35,448 nucleotides of DNA from an uncultured archaeon. Its GTDB lineage: Archaea > Asgardarchaeota > Thorarchaeia > Thorarchaeales > Thorarchaeaceae. Each line of letters starts with the position of its first letter. Positions within the stretch are counted from its first letter, which is position 1. Position numbers and translations under genes: made by a program. The stretch is taken from contig CAYMLT010000002.1 in assembly GCA_964391265.1 (NCBI GenBank), positions 1 through 35,448 of the forward strand. Direction: 5' to 3'. Below the pieces are notes generated by a model. It was not told the origin of the DNA, did no database searches, and saw only the letters and a program-made list of their open reading frames with translations. Below are positions 8,476-17,585 of the stretch, in pieces.

Positions 8476-10083
8476 ATGCCGGACAAAGTCGTGGATTATG
8501 CTCTTTATAGAGAAATCATAGATGCGATATTACAGAGCGATGTTCCTGTCGATAAGAGAGTGGTAAATCGAATCAAGAACAAAATCTGTGGAAAATATCA
8601 ACGGCCAACAATTCCTTCAAACGCTGATGTTCTTCAGGCATCCATCCCAGAAGAAGCCGATATTCTCATTCCAATTTTACAAAAAAGACCTGTAAGAACA
8701 GTATCCGGTGTTGCTGTAGTCGCTGTAATGACTGAGCCTCATGCCTGCCCTCATGGTAAATGCGCGTATTGTCCCGGTGGCCCAGATTTGGGGGTGCCTC
8801 AGAGCTATACTGGACATGAGCCTGCAACAATGAGAGGTATTCAGAATGAGTTCAACCCATACAAACAGGTAGAAACTAGGTTGAATCAGCTCAAAACCAT
8901 AGGTCACAGTATCAACAAAGTCGAGCTAATCATTATGGGTGGTGACTGGTGTTCAAAGGAATCAAATTACAGAGAGAATTTTGTAAAGAACTGCTTCGAT
9001 GCAATGAATGGATTTGCCAGTTCAACAATCAAACAATCTATGCTGAATAACGAAACCGCGGAAGTACGAAATGTTGGACTCACCTTTGAAACGCGTCCTG
9101 ATTGGGTGAATAAAGAAACAATTGATGATATGCTGAGAATGGGCGCAACAAGAGTTGAACTGGGTGTACAGACTCTCTCAGATGAGATTCTTGAACGAGT
9201 TGAAAGGGGCCATGGAGTGGAAACAACTGCTAAAGCGACTCAGTTGCTGCGTGATTCCGGTCTGAAAATATGTTACCATATGATGCCCGGTCTGCCTGGA
9301 AGTACACCCGAAACTGACATCCAAGACTTCAAGAAACTCTTCTCAGATTCAAGATTCCAACCAGACATGCTGAAGATATATCCAACAATCATTGTGAAAA
9401 ACACCAAAATCTATGACTGGTGGAAAAAAGGAGAATACATCCCCTTCGAAAGTGATCAAATAGTGGACTTAGTTTCCACGGCAGTTAGCCAGATGCCGGA
9501 ATATGTACGGATTCAGAGAATGCAGAGGGATATTCCCCTACATCAGATAGAGGCTGGGCTCAACAAGGGGAACTTGAGAGAGCTTGTGCATCGCCAGATG
9601 CTATCCAGAAACCTCCGAAACCCAACTATCAGATATCGTGAAATTGGCCATTATCAAATGCGCTCTGGTTTGGACGTCAATCCTGATGAAATTGAACTAG
9701 TGCGTCGTGACTATGATGCAGCTGGTGGGAAGGAAGTATTCCTGTCGTTTGAGATACCTAGACTTGATATTATCTTTGGTTTTCTTAGACTCCGCTATCC
9801 AAGTCCGGAAGCATATCGCCTTGAGATAACCGAAACACCCTGTGTATTAATCCGAGAGTTGAGAGTATATGGTCCAGTTGTAGATCTTGGGGAACGTGAT
9901 TCTGAGGCATGGCAGCACCTTGGACTGGGTGAAAAAATGATTGAAGCGGCTCAGGATATTGGGCGAGATGAATATGGCGCTAAACGAATTATTGTAAATA
10001 GCGGAATAGGTGTGAAAGAGTACTATCGTAATCTCGGTTTCAAGGATAGTGGCCCATATCTTGCCAAAGATTTGCTTTCTTGA
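8476..10083 (+). CDS. elp3: Elp3-type radical SAM / GNAT acetyltransferase (tRNA U34 modification)
   Basis: 535-aa ORF. Radical SAM cluster motif CPHGKCAYCPGG, an Elp3 core and a C-terminal GNAT domain (QHLGLGEKMIEAA). Confidence 0.92.
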   Translation: MPDKVVDYALYREIIDAILQSDVPVDKRVVNRIKNKICGKYQRPTIPSNADVLQASIPEEADILIPILQKRPVRTVSGVAVVAVMTEPHACPHGKCAYCPGGPDLGVPQSYTGHEPATMRGIQNEFNPYKQVETRLNQLKTIGHSINKVELIIMGGDWCSKESNYRENFVKNCFDAMNGFASSTIKQSMLNNETAEVRNVGLTFETRPDWVNKETIDDMLRMGATRVELGVQTLSDEILERVERGHGVETTAKATQLLRDSGLKICYHMMPGLPGSTPETDIQDFKKLFSDSRFQPDMLKIYPTIIVKNTKIYDWWKKGEYIPFESDQIVDLVSTAVSQMPEYVRIQRMQRDIPLHQIEAGLNKGNLRELVHRQMLSRNLRNPTIRYREIGHYQMRSGLDVNPDEIELVRRDYDAAGGKEVFLSFEIPRLDIIFGFLRLRYPSPEAYRLEITETPCVLIRELRVYGPVVDLGERDSEAWQHLGLGEKMIEAAQDIGRDEYGAKRIIVNSGIGVKEYYRNLGFKDSGPYLAKDLLS

Positions 10084-10161
10084 TTGGATTGTATACATTC
10101 CATATCAGAATATTAGGTGATAAAGACCCGAGGAACTAAAACTACAGATGAGGTTGATACC

Positions 10162-10371
10162 ATGCAATGGACCAACGAATCACTTGGAATAACAATTGAA
10201 ATCAATGAAGATGACTGTAGCCTTTGCCAAGACCATACCTGCGTTAAGGTATGTGATGTTCTCTCGTTCAGCTATAGTGATGGACATGCACATCCATCAG
10301 CCCTTGAGAAATGCAATGGATGTGGTGAATGTACCGATATGTGTCCGTTTATGGCGATAACTATCAGCTAG
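10162..10371 (+). CDS. small 4Fe-4S ferredoxin-like protein
   Basis: One canonical motif CNGCGECTDMCP and one atypical motif CSLCQDHTCVKVC. The track ORF starts at GTG 10117; ATG 10162 is preferred because GAGGT lies about 8 nt upstream. Confidence 0.65.
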   Translation: MQWTNESLGITIEINEDDCSLCQDHTCVKVCDVLSFSYSDGHAHPSALEKCNGCGECTDMCPFMAITIS

Positions 10372-10396
10372 GACAATCCAACTCGATGAACACTAC

Positions 10397-10414
10397 TTGG
10401 AACATGTGTTCCAA
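10397..10414. promoter_or_regulatory. perfect 18-nt palindrome TTGGAACATGTGTTCCAA
   Basis: 8-nt arms and a 2-nt centre, lying between the ferredoxin gene and the formamidase-family gene. Could be an operator or a hairpin. Confidence 0.3.
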
Positions 10415-10495
10415 ATATTCATTGAGAAAGAACCCATGTGGAGGGCGTCTGGGAATACTTAATTCCAGCATGTTCGTCGTCCTAAGTGATTAATA

Positions 10496-11392
10496 ATGGT
10501 CGATGGAAAGTATCATCGTGTAAGTATGAAGGATGTAGTTTTCAAAGCTGATAGTAGCAATCCTCCGGTTTTGAAAATACAATCAGGAGAAACAGTTGTT
10601 TTCGAATGTCGAGATGCTTTCAATCAAACAATTCAGAAATCTACTGATTTGCCAATCAATTTCGATATGGAAAGAATAAACCCTGCTACAGGTCCAGTGT
10701 ATGTCGAAGGTGCAGAACCCGGAGATACTTTGGAAGTTCACATTTTAGAAGTTGATGTTGCAAAACAAGGATCTTGTTGTATAATCCCGAGTTTTGGTTA
10801 TCTTGTTTCTGAATTTCCTGAACCTTGGACTAGAATAATCCCTATAGAAGATGGAAAGGCCATATTTAGTGAAATAGTGAAAATTCCCATAGATCCTTTT
10901 CCAGGCACTCTGATTGTAGCACCTGCCGAGGGTTCTCATGGGACGCTTATTCCAAGAGAATATGGTGGCAACATGGATTCACGTGCCTGTAAGGCTGGAA
11001 CCATTGTCTATCTACCAGTTTTTGTCAAAGGAGCTCTATTTGGTGTTGGTGACGTGCATGCAGTTCAAGGTGACGGCGAAGTCTGTGGGACAGCAGTAGA
11101 AATTGATGCCAATGTCACAATAAAACTAGTAGTCAATAAGACTAAGAAAATAGAACGACCCCAATATGAAACGGATGAACATTTCATGACTACTGCTTGG
11201 GGTGAAACAACTGAAGATGCTGCGAAAATTGCCCTGAGGGATATGATTGAGTGGCTGGTTGCTGAAAAGGGAATGACACGCGAAGAAGCATACGCTCTTT
11301 GTAGCTGTGCTGTCGATATGAGAATCAGCCAGCTTGTTGATATCACTCCAGGAGTAAGAGCGGTCCTTCCAAAATCAATCTTCAAGAGGTAG
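10496..11392 (+). CDS. acetamidase/formamidase (FmdA/AmdA) family amidohydrolase
   Basis: 298-aa ORF with family-typical motifs (NPATGPVYVEGAEPGDTLEV, GGNMD, GDVHAVQGDGEVCGTAVE). Confidence 0.8.
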   Translation: MVDGKYHRVSMKDVVFKADSSNPPVLKIQSGETVVFECRDAFNQTIQKSTDLPINFDMERINPATGPVYVEGAEPGDTLEVHILEVDVAKQGSCCIIPSFGYLVSEFPEPWTRIIPIEDGKAIFSEIVKIPIDPFPGTLIVAPAEGSHGTLIPREYGGNMDSRACKAGTIVYLPVFVKGALFGVGDVHAVQGDGEVCGTAVEIDANVTIKLVVNKTKKIERPQYETDEHFMTTAWGETTEDAAKIALRDMIEWLVAEKGMTREEAYALCSCAVDMRISQLVDITPGVRAVLPKSIFKR

Positions 11393-11397
11393 AGAAA

Positions 11398-11967
11398 ATG
11401 GCAGAGAAAAAGCGTTGTGACTGGGTACCTCTGGACAATCCACTTTATGTAAAGTATCATGACGAGGAATGGGGAGTTCCTGTTCATGATGACAGATTGT
11501 TATTTGAGTTCCTTTTGCTTGAAGGATTTCAGGCTGGATTGAGTTGGATCACGATTCTGAGGAAACGAGAGAATTACAAACAAGCTTTCGATAATTTTGA
11601 TGCAAAGAAAATTGCATTGTATGATGCAAAGAAAATTGAAGAGCTGATGCAAAACAGTGGAATCGTCAGGAATCGGAGAAAAATTGAATCTGCGATCATA
11701 AATGCGAAAGCGTTTCTTGAAGTGCAGAAAGAATATGAATCATTTAACAAGTACATTTGGGGATTTGTTGGTGGAACGCCTATTGTGAACAAATGGAAGA
11801 AACTAGAGGGAATTCCTGCAAACACAGAATTATCTGACAAGATTAGCAAAGATTTGAAACGAAGAGGCTTCAAATTCGTCGGATCTACCATTATCTACGC
11901 ACATATGCAGGCGACTGGAATGGTAAATGACCACACAGTTGACTGTTTCAGATATAATCAAGTATGA
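11398..11967 (+). CDS. tag: DNA-3-methyladenine glycosylase I
   Basis: 189-aa ORF. Tag signature RCDWV...YHDEEWGVPVHDD..LFE.L.LEGFQAGLSW and a C-terminal H..C zinc ligand region. Confidence 0.9.
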   Translation: MAEKKRCDWVPLDNPLYVKYHDEEWGVPVHDDRLLFEFLLLEGFQAGLSWITILRKRENYKQAFDNFDAKKIALYDAKKIEELMQNSGIVRNRRKIESAIINAKAFLEVQKEYESFNKYIWGFVGGTPIVNKWKKLEGIPANTELSDKISKDLKRRGFKFVGSTIIYAHMQATGMVNDHTVDCFRYNQV

Positions 11968-11984
11968 TTTGTTCCAATCTAGGC

Positions 11985-12018
11985 AAAATAAGAATGGCAC
12001 TGAGGATGAGATGTGTTC
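11985..12018 (-). repeat. tRNA-Ser 3'-exon-derived att-like repeat, copy A (distal)
   Basis: aaaataagaaTGGCACTGAGGATGAGATgtgttc. Matches the tRNA copy at 17586..17618 with 2 mismatches in the 18-nt core, and retains 6 nt of the T-loop intron. Confidence 0.8.
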
Positions 12019-12085
12019 AGAAATAGCAAAACATACATATTCTGAATTCTTCCTCTGGTTACTATAAAGGTGGTATGAGTCCGAT

Positions 12086-12313
12086 TTGACCAAGAAACGA
12101 GTACTTGCTGCTATATTCCTTATCACAGGTACAGTATTCTTTTTGGATGAGCTTTGGATGCTCGGAGTTCCATTCGGACATATTCTTCCGGATTTAAGTC
12201 AATTTCACATTGCACCATTCGGAATAGAGTATCACCACTGGATGACCGGAGTGATTCTATTGATACTGGCTCTATTTCTTTTCGACCGTGACCGTAAAAG
12301 TGAAGTCGGATAG
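12086..12313 (+). CDS. hypothetical small 2-TM membrane protein
   Basis: 75-aa ORF with a TTG start, two hydrophobic helices and GGTGG upstream. Confidence 0.4.
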   Translation: MTKKRVLAAIFLITGTVFFLDELWMLGVPFGHILPDLSQFHIAPFGIEYHHWMTGVILLILALFLFDRDRKSEVG

Positions 12314-12399
12314 AAGACAGCGTTGCACAATCTCATATTCTCCATTCTGAAAACAAGCAAATGAAATATCATCTTTAGTGAAGGAGTGCGGGTTTTATG

Positions 12400-12425
12400 A
12401 AAAGAAATGGCGCCAAGGATGAGAT
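12400..12425 (-). repeat. tRNA-Ser 3'-exon-derived att-like repeat, copy B
   Basis: aaaagaaaTGGCGCCAAGGATGAGAT, 1 mismatch to the tRNA core. Lies 1 nt from the stop codon of the minus-strand nitroreductase-like gene. Confidence 0.8.
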
Positions 12426-12426
12426 T

Positions 12427-13206
12427 CTATTTAATTCTGTATCTTGCAATTTCTGGATAATCAAGGAAATCCCAATTTCCCTTGACACCGGATACAAGTG
12501 CTCCCAACTCAAGATGCAGCATGGCAATACCACAATCAAGCCGTCTAGATATACCGAGTCCTTCTCTCTTGCTATTGGATGACACAGTAATTGCACTATC
12601 GTTGATTTGAAATCTCCAAGGTTGCCTATTTCCAGCTGAGGGCGCAATCCTGGCTGCCTCTAATGCAGCCATACTCCAATTGTTATCACTTACTTCTCCA
12701 CTAACAATGAGATTATCAAGCATCTTTCGTCGGTACTCTTTCGACGAAACTCCCACTCTGTCTTTTTCTTCCTTTGAATATCCAATTGGTGTGATGCCTA
12801 ATACTCGTTCCTTATCTTCCAGATCAATCTGTTTTATCACAGAGTCACGTCGATAAAACCCTCCGACCCAGCATGTATTCAGACCAAGGGCTGTCGCTTC
12901 TAGGATAATTCCTTCTCCAAGATATCCCATAGCTGCTTGTACATTCGGTGCATCCATATCACCAATGAATGTGATATAGTATGGAGTTTCTTTGACTTTG
13001 TAGAAGAACTCACCCACAGCTCCCTTGAAAACATCCTTTCCAGAATCCCTCACAAGGACTGCTCTTGCACCAGGAAAGGGTCTGAAATTGTTGCAAATGC
13101 TTTCAATTCTCGAAGTCACTTCATCATCTGGCATCTCACCAGAATACACTCTATGAGAGTGTCTAAGGGATATTGCATCGTACCATGAATTAACAGGAAT
13201 ATCCAA
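12427..13206 (-). CDS. nitroreductase-fold protein (two-lobed, TM1586-like arrangement)
   Basis: 259-aa ORF. N-terminal AISLRHSHRVY and LGLNTCWVGG motifs, plus a second lobe with ARIAPSAGNRQPWRF. Confidence 0.7.
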   Translation of the reverse strand: MDIPVNSWYDAISLRHSHRVYSGEMPDDEVTSRIESICNNFRPFPGARAVLVRDSGKDVFKGAVGEFFYKVKETPYYITFIGDMDAPNVQAAMGYLGEGIILEATALGLNTCWVGGFYRRDSVIKQIDLEDKERVLGITPIGYSKEEKDRVGVSSKEYRRKMLDNLIVSGEVSDNNWSMAALEAARIAPSAGNRQPWRFQINDSAITVSSNSKREGLGISRRLDCGIAMLHLELGALVSGVKGNWDFLDYPEIARYRIK

Positions 13207-13267
13207 AATTTAGCACCAACTAGCTTATCTATTGCCTTCAAAGTAGATTAGTGTCTGCTATTGCGGC

Positions 13268-13291
13268 AAAAGGTGGCGCCGAGGAAGAAAC
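13268..13291 (-). repeat. tRNA-Ser 3'-exon-derived att-like repeat, copy C
   Basis: aaaaggTGGCGCCGAGGAAGAAAC, the most diverged 3' part. It overlaps a local hairpin CCGAGgaAGAAACactgGTTTCTCTCGG at 13279..13306. Confidence 0.7.
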
Positions 13292-13419
13292 ACTGGTTTC
13301 TCTCGGAGCGCAAATTCTAGGTATACTTGATGGAACTGATCTTTTGTTTTCTTGAAATAAGATTAGTCTTTATTAGAGGGAACTTGTGTAATGTTTACAG
13401 AAGTTGGAGGCTGATACGA

Positions 13420-13716
13420 ATGACAATATCGACCATAGTAATTACATTGATAGACAAGAAGGGGGCTCAAAGCATCATGGAACAGGTTCTCTCATTGCCA
13501 GGTGTCAAAGAGGCATTCATTCTTGATGAAATGATGCTAATGTTCCTGAAGCGAACGGGAGTCAAGTTCTTTGAACTATCCGAAAATGAAGAACAACTCC
13601 AGATTAGTGGAAACTTTGAATCGGTAGAAGATTTCAAAGCATATACAGAAGCCTTGCGGAACATAGAAGGTGTCAAAGAAGTGAAAGGCATGCAGGTTCC
13701 TGAGGGATATAACTGA
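13420..13716 (+). CDS. hypothetical 98-aa alpha/beta protein (possibly Roadblock/LC7-like; weak)
   Basis: ATG 13420 is preferred over the track start at 13327 because GGAGG lies 9 nt upstream. The pattern IMEQVLSLPGVKEAFILDE is reminiscent of Roadblock/MglB or ACT-like small domains; no firm assignment. Confidence 0.45.
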   Translation: MTISTIVITLIDKKGAQSIMEQVLSLPGVKEAFILDEMMLMFLKRTGVKFFELSENEEQLQISGNFESVEDFKAYTEALRNIEGVKEVKGMQVPEGYN

Positions 13717-13742
13717 TACTCATGTCATAGGATACCTAAATG

Positions 13743-13771
13743 AAAAATAAGAATGGCGCCGAGGAAGAGAT
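13743..13771 (-). repeat. tRNA-Ser 3'-exon-derived att-like repeat, copy D
   Basis: aaaaataagaaTGGCGCCGAGGAAGAGAT, 2 mismatches to the tRNA core. Confidence 0.8.
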
Positions 13772-13834
13772 TTGAGTCCTATAGGCTTTTTAGATTTCTA
13801 ATGTATGTATTAGCGTGATGAGGGCAATGGTACA

Positions 13835-15223
13835 ATGACTTTCAGGGTATACTACACGAAGTTTGATGGGAAGAAGGGATACTCACCTAGTTCTCCCAAC
13901 ATCGACTTATCCTCCAAGTTAATCAAGGAAATTGACCTTTCATGCTTCTCAGAAAATTGCCACTTGCAGGAAATCAAACTAGACGACAACTATCTTGAGA
14001 ATATTGATCTCACTCCTCTGTCCAACTGTAACAACTTGCAGGATATCCATCTAGGTGGAAACAGACTAGAGAGAATCGACCTAACCCCTCTCGCGGAGTG
14101 CTCAAACTTAAGAAATCTCTTACTAGCTAGTAACTCTCTGGAAACCGTGGATCTCAGTCCCCTTGTCCACTGCACATATCTGAAACGCCTCCTTCTGAAC
14201 AACAACCAGCTTGAGAGCATTGATCTGTCCCCTCTCTCTGCTTGTAAGAACCTATGGCAACTTGGCCTTTCCGAAAACAAAATGAAGCGCATAGATTTAG
14301 CACCTCTTGCAAATTGCACAGAACTGAGTTTACTCTGCCTACCTACTAGCCATCTGCTGCAAAGTATTGACCTTGAACCCATCTCAAGATGCAGTTTGAG
14401 AAATATCTCATTTGGGAAATACCTTCCCCATAGTATTGATTTGACCCCTCTCGTATTTTCTGATAGACTAGATCGACCATCACTCCTTGTTAGAAACCAA
14501 CCTTCTTGGCTTAAAACTAAGACAAAATCCAGCGAGTTTGATCGGAATACTCGTAGGTACATCATGTCCCGTTATGGTACATATCACAGACCCACACGAA
14601 TCTATTCCTGGCAATTTCTCCACAGGGTTGTACAAGAGTATGGAACTGACCATCGTGTGCAGCAGGATGTCTTACTGGCCATGGGCTTAGGCGGCTACGG
14701 TTTCATCAATGCTGATCTCAGAACCGCGCTCCTATCCATTTCTTGTGAGAAATCTATTAACGACGCTCGTGAACACATTCTACCCATCATCCTAAAAGAG
14801 ATAGATAATGCCATAGACCAAGGTGGTTGCACAACTGGCTTAGATATTGAAAAACTCTCTACTCAGAAAGGAGAAATTGTCGTCAGGACCAAGCAAATCA
14901 TCCACAACAGGGAACGAGAACTAAAACGTGTGAGGGTCGGTCTCAAATTTAGACGGGTCGATCTCAGGGAGTTGTATCTCACAGCTTACGGATATGAGAT
15001 TCTTAATGCATTGGATATGGGTTTGGAATCAAACTTGGGAGGGTTCGAGCAAATCCAACAGGCTTCTGCTGACTTAGGTTACGATATCAAGACAGCTGAC
15101 AAATCAGAGTCAGGTGTAAATATGAGCGATGAGCTAAAACAGGCCATCTGGTGGATTGTAGAGAATCGTGGGCGGTCATGGCATGAGATAGTATCAAGAA
15201 GTGGCGCCGAGGATGAGAATTAA
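13835..15223 (+). CDS. leucine-rich-repeat protein with uncharacterised C-terminal domain
   Basis: 462-aa ORF. About seven 24-aa LRR units (C.NL..L.L..N.LE.IDL.PL) with a 72-nt DNA periodicity around 13.95-14.45 kb. The C-terminal ~230 aa have no recognised motif. The last codons and the stop lie inside or directly after repeat E. Confidence 0.8.
   Translation: MTFRVYYTKFDGKKGYSPSSPNIDLSSKLIKEIDLSCFSENCHLQEIKLDDNYLENIDLTPLSNCNNLQDIHLGGNRLERIDLTPLAECSNLRNLLLASNSLETVDLSPLVHCTYLKRLLLNNNQLESIDLSPLSACKNLWQLGLSENKMKRIDLAPLANCTELSLLCLPTSHLLQSIDLEPISRCSLRNISFGKYLPHSIDLTPLVFSDRLDRPSLLVRNQPSWLKTKTKSSEFDRNTRRYIMSRYGTYHRPTRIYSWQFLHRVVQEYGTDHRVQQDVLLAMGLGGYGFINADLRTALLSISCEKSINDAREHILPIILKEIDNAIDQGGCTTGLDIEKLSTQKGEIVVRTKQIIHNRERELKRVRVGLKFRRVDLRELYLTAYGYEILNALDMGLESNLGGFEQIQQASADLGYDIKTADKSESGVNMSDELKQAIWWIVENRGRSWHEIVSRSGAEDEN
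15196..15220 (-). repeat. tRNA-Ser 3'-exon-derived att-like repeat, copy E
   Basis: aagaagTGGCGCCGAGGATGAGAAt. The core is identical to the tRNA copy over 17 nt. It encodes the last residues (SGAEDEN) of the LRR protein. Confidence 0.85.
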
Positions 15224-15646
15224 ACTTGTGAGCAGGTATTTTTTACAGAAAAATGTTAGCCTTTGCTCGAAGCCGTTGTACCAATTTTCGACATAATTTG
15301 GCTAATAGCCCACCATAGACCCCCTACTACACATTCTCTAGGTTATCATACCTTCTTTTTCGCCATGAGGGGACTCAAAGTATCAACCTTCTTTGAATGA
15401 CCGCTATTGCTGGAGCACAATCATTCCCTTAACACCTAAACATTGCATGGTTACTATAATTAGTAGAACAGATTGGAGAGAGGTCCAAGAACAGGGAGTT
15501 ATCATAGAATGACCAGTAAGAAACTAGGACATCCCCGTCACAGGGGGACGCTACTTCGGCATCACCTTACTTGTGATGGAGATTTTGGGGAGCTTAAGAT
15601 ACCTATCAAGATACAACAATATGAAACAAAAGAAGGAACATGAATA

Positions 15647-17581
15647 TTGGTAGAATTTAGAGAATATGATGACTCAGATGAAGGGGCCCGTCCGGAAGAA
15701 ATAGTAGAAATGCTGGATGAATATAATGCATCAGTGCTCTCTGGGGAACAATGTGAGGAGTTGTTACGGGCTGCTGATATCGAAACAAGGTGGAGCGAAG
15801 ACGATTATCTAGATGCGCTGGAAAACAATCCTCAGGTACGATTGGAAGAATATTTTGAAAGGGAAGATGCGCTGGCACGGTACTACTTCAAGCTAGAGAA
15901 AGGAATGGCCGGCTCCTATGCGAAGATTGCGGAAGGATGTGCCGTGTCTGTTTCCCGTGGAACCATTGGAAATTGGGAGAAAGGAATGGAACCTAGGATA
16001 ATCCCAAGGCTACGTAGACATTCCACAAACTGCTTGGGCGATTACACACCTCTCCAACAAGCAGAGGGTGCAAAGGTAACTCGAATATCAATATCCACTC
16101 TAACTGACGACTCTTCAACAGATGACAATCGGGAAAACCATTGGGAAACTTTTGCCACAGAACTGGCGGATGATATCGAAAAGGTCCAGCTGAAGGAATC
16201 ACGAGTTGTTTCAGTTGATCTCGAAGATAAATACGACATTTCCACTGAGAATCTAAGGGACTTGGAATATATAATCCAGCAAAGAATCGATGCTCCCTCC
16301 CTCAAAGTTGGATTCATTGACGGCACACTCTATGTCTGGAACCCCGATACTAATCCACTGGAATTGATAAACGCCTACCAAGATTCGCACTTCTATTTTC
16401 GTGATAAGAACGAACTTGCAGGATTCATTGCTGAGGTCAAAAATGTCCTCACAGGTACCAGTGGGGGAGGACTGTTTTCCACTATCGAGAATCTCAATGG
16501 ATTGTTATATCAAATATTCCCGGAACATGATGAAGGACCTTTCATAGATATAAAACGTACAAAGCTTCAAGGCCAATTCTTTCACTTATTGATTGACCTG
16601 ACAGGCCGAACATTATCGGATTTTGAAGGAAGGATCTCAAAGATTACTGGTCAAAATGGGCAGAATGGCATAGAGAATCCGAGATTCATTGAAGGAAAAG
16701 AACTGAGGAGAGCGCTGGCAAAAACAATAGCAGTGGTAATTAGCGATGGATTCTTGGGGAATTGTGGTCGAGTTTACTTTTCCGAACCTGACTTGAAACG
16801 AATAGGGATTGTAGAGAACAATCTGAGGAATTTTGGAGGTATTTCTCTGAACTACTGGTCGGACCCCCGAGCCAACTGTTTCACATCATCCTTTCCAACA
16901 GTGTTAGGTAATGCCCTTCTGCATGTCGGTTTGTGTGCAGGTAATAAGACCCTGAATAATCCAGAATTACCCAACTGGCTAATAGAAGAAGAATGGGATA
17001 TACTGTGTGACTTCTTTGGGGAACTTATCCCACAAGATGGCACTGTCACTCTATCAAGGATATCATGGACTCATACATGTGCACTACATCCCGGAAAGGA
17101 GATTCAGGAATATCCAAAAGCAGCAATCATCTCTGATGCAGAGATTGAACTAATTCAACAAGAAGGAACGAGAGGGAAGAAATACATCACGTTGAATCTA
17201 TCTGACCTTGAACTTCTCAGAAAATCAGAAGATACAGAAACTGCATCACTTGCTTCAAAATTAATGATAAACGTATACCAAAATCCAAACAACTTCGTAA
17301 TGGCTGAAAAGAAAATGGCTGAAAGGCTTGGCATTAAGGTAGAGGTCGACCCATATTCGATTAAATACCATTACAAGACTCAAAGAGTTTCAGTTGCATG
17401 GGATGCCAGAACGGCAGGCACTGATGAAATGATCAGGATGGCAATAATAGCCCCTCCAAATGACATTCACAAACGAGAAGTTGTGAAAGAAGGGCTACTG
17501 CAAAACCAAGAATCAGTCCAACAAGTACTCCAGAAATTGAATGAGAAAAAGCGCCAAATAATAAAATGGTGGATGCTCTAA
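15647..17581 (+). CDS. large HTH-containing protein with double LAGLIDADG-like (homing-endonuclease-fold) C-terminal region
   Basis: 644-aa ORF with a TTG start; the next in-frame ATG is at 15710. HTH-like segment SYAKIAEGCAVSVSRGTIGNWEKG. Two LAGLIDADG-like motifs, LAKTIAVVISDGFLG and LCDFFGELIPQDGTV, separated by ~90 aa. The motifs LPNWLIEEE and ERLGIKVEV match HE-domain conventions. Assignment is by eye only. Confidence 0.55.
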   Translation: MVEFREYDDSDEGARPEEIVEMLDEYNASVLSGEQCEELLRAADIETRWSEDDYLDALENNPQVRLEEYFEREDALARYYFKLEKGMAGSYAKIAEGCAVSVSRGTIGNWEKGMEPRIIPRLRRHSTNCLGDYTPLQQAEGAKVTRISISTLTDDSSTDDNRENHWETFATELADDIEKVQLKESRVVSVDLEDKYDISTENLRDLEYIIQQRIDAPSLKVGFIDGTLYVWNPDTNPLELINAYQDSHFYFRDKNELAGFIAEVKNVLTGTSGGGLFSTIENLNGLLYQIFPEHDEGPFIDIKRTKLQGQFFHLLIDLTGRTLSDFEGRISKITGQNGQNGIENPRFIEGKELRRALAKTIAVVISDGFLGNCGRVYFSEPDLKRIGIVENNLRNFGGISLNYWSDPRANCFTSSFPTVLGNALLHVGLCAGNKTLNNPELPNWLIEEEWDILCDFFGELIPQDGTVTLSRISWTHTCALHPGKEIQEYPKAAIISDAEIELIQQEGTRGKKYITLNLSDLELLRKSEDTETASLASKLMINVYQNPNNFVMAEKKMAERLGIKVEVDPYSIKYHYKTQRVSVAWDARTAGTDEMIRMAIIAPPNDIHKREVVKEGLLQNQESVQQVLQKLNEKKRQIIKWWML

Positions 17582-17585
17582 TTGG

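Noticed and set aside
13990-14565. 191-aa minus-strand ORF with its own internal repeats.
   Set aside because: Artefact of reading the 72-nt-periodic LRR coding repeats on the opposite strand.
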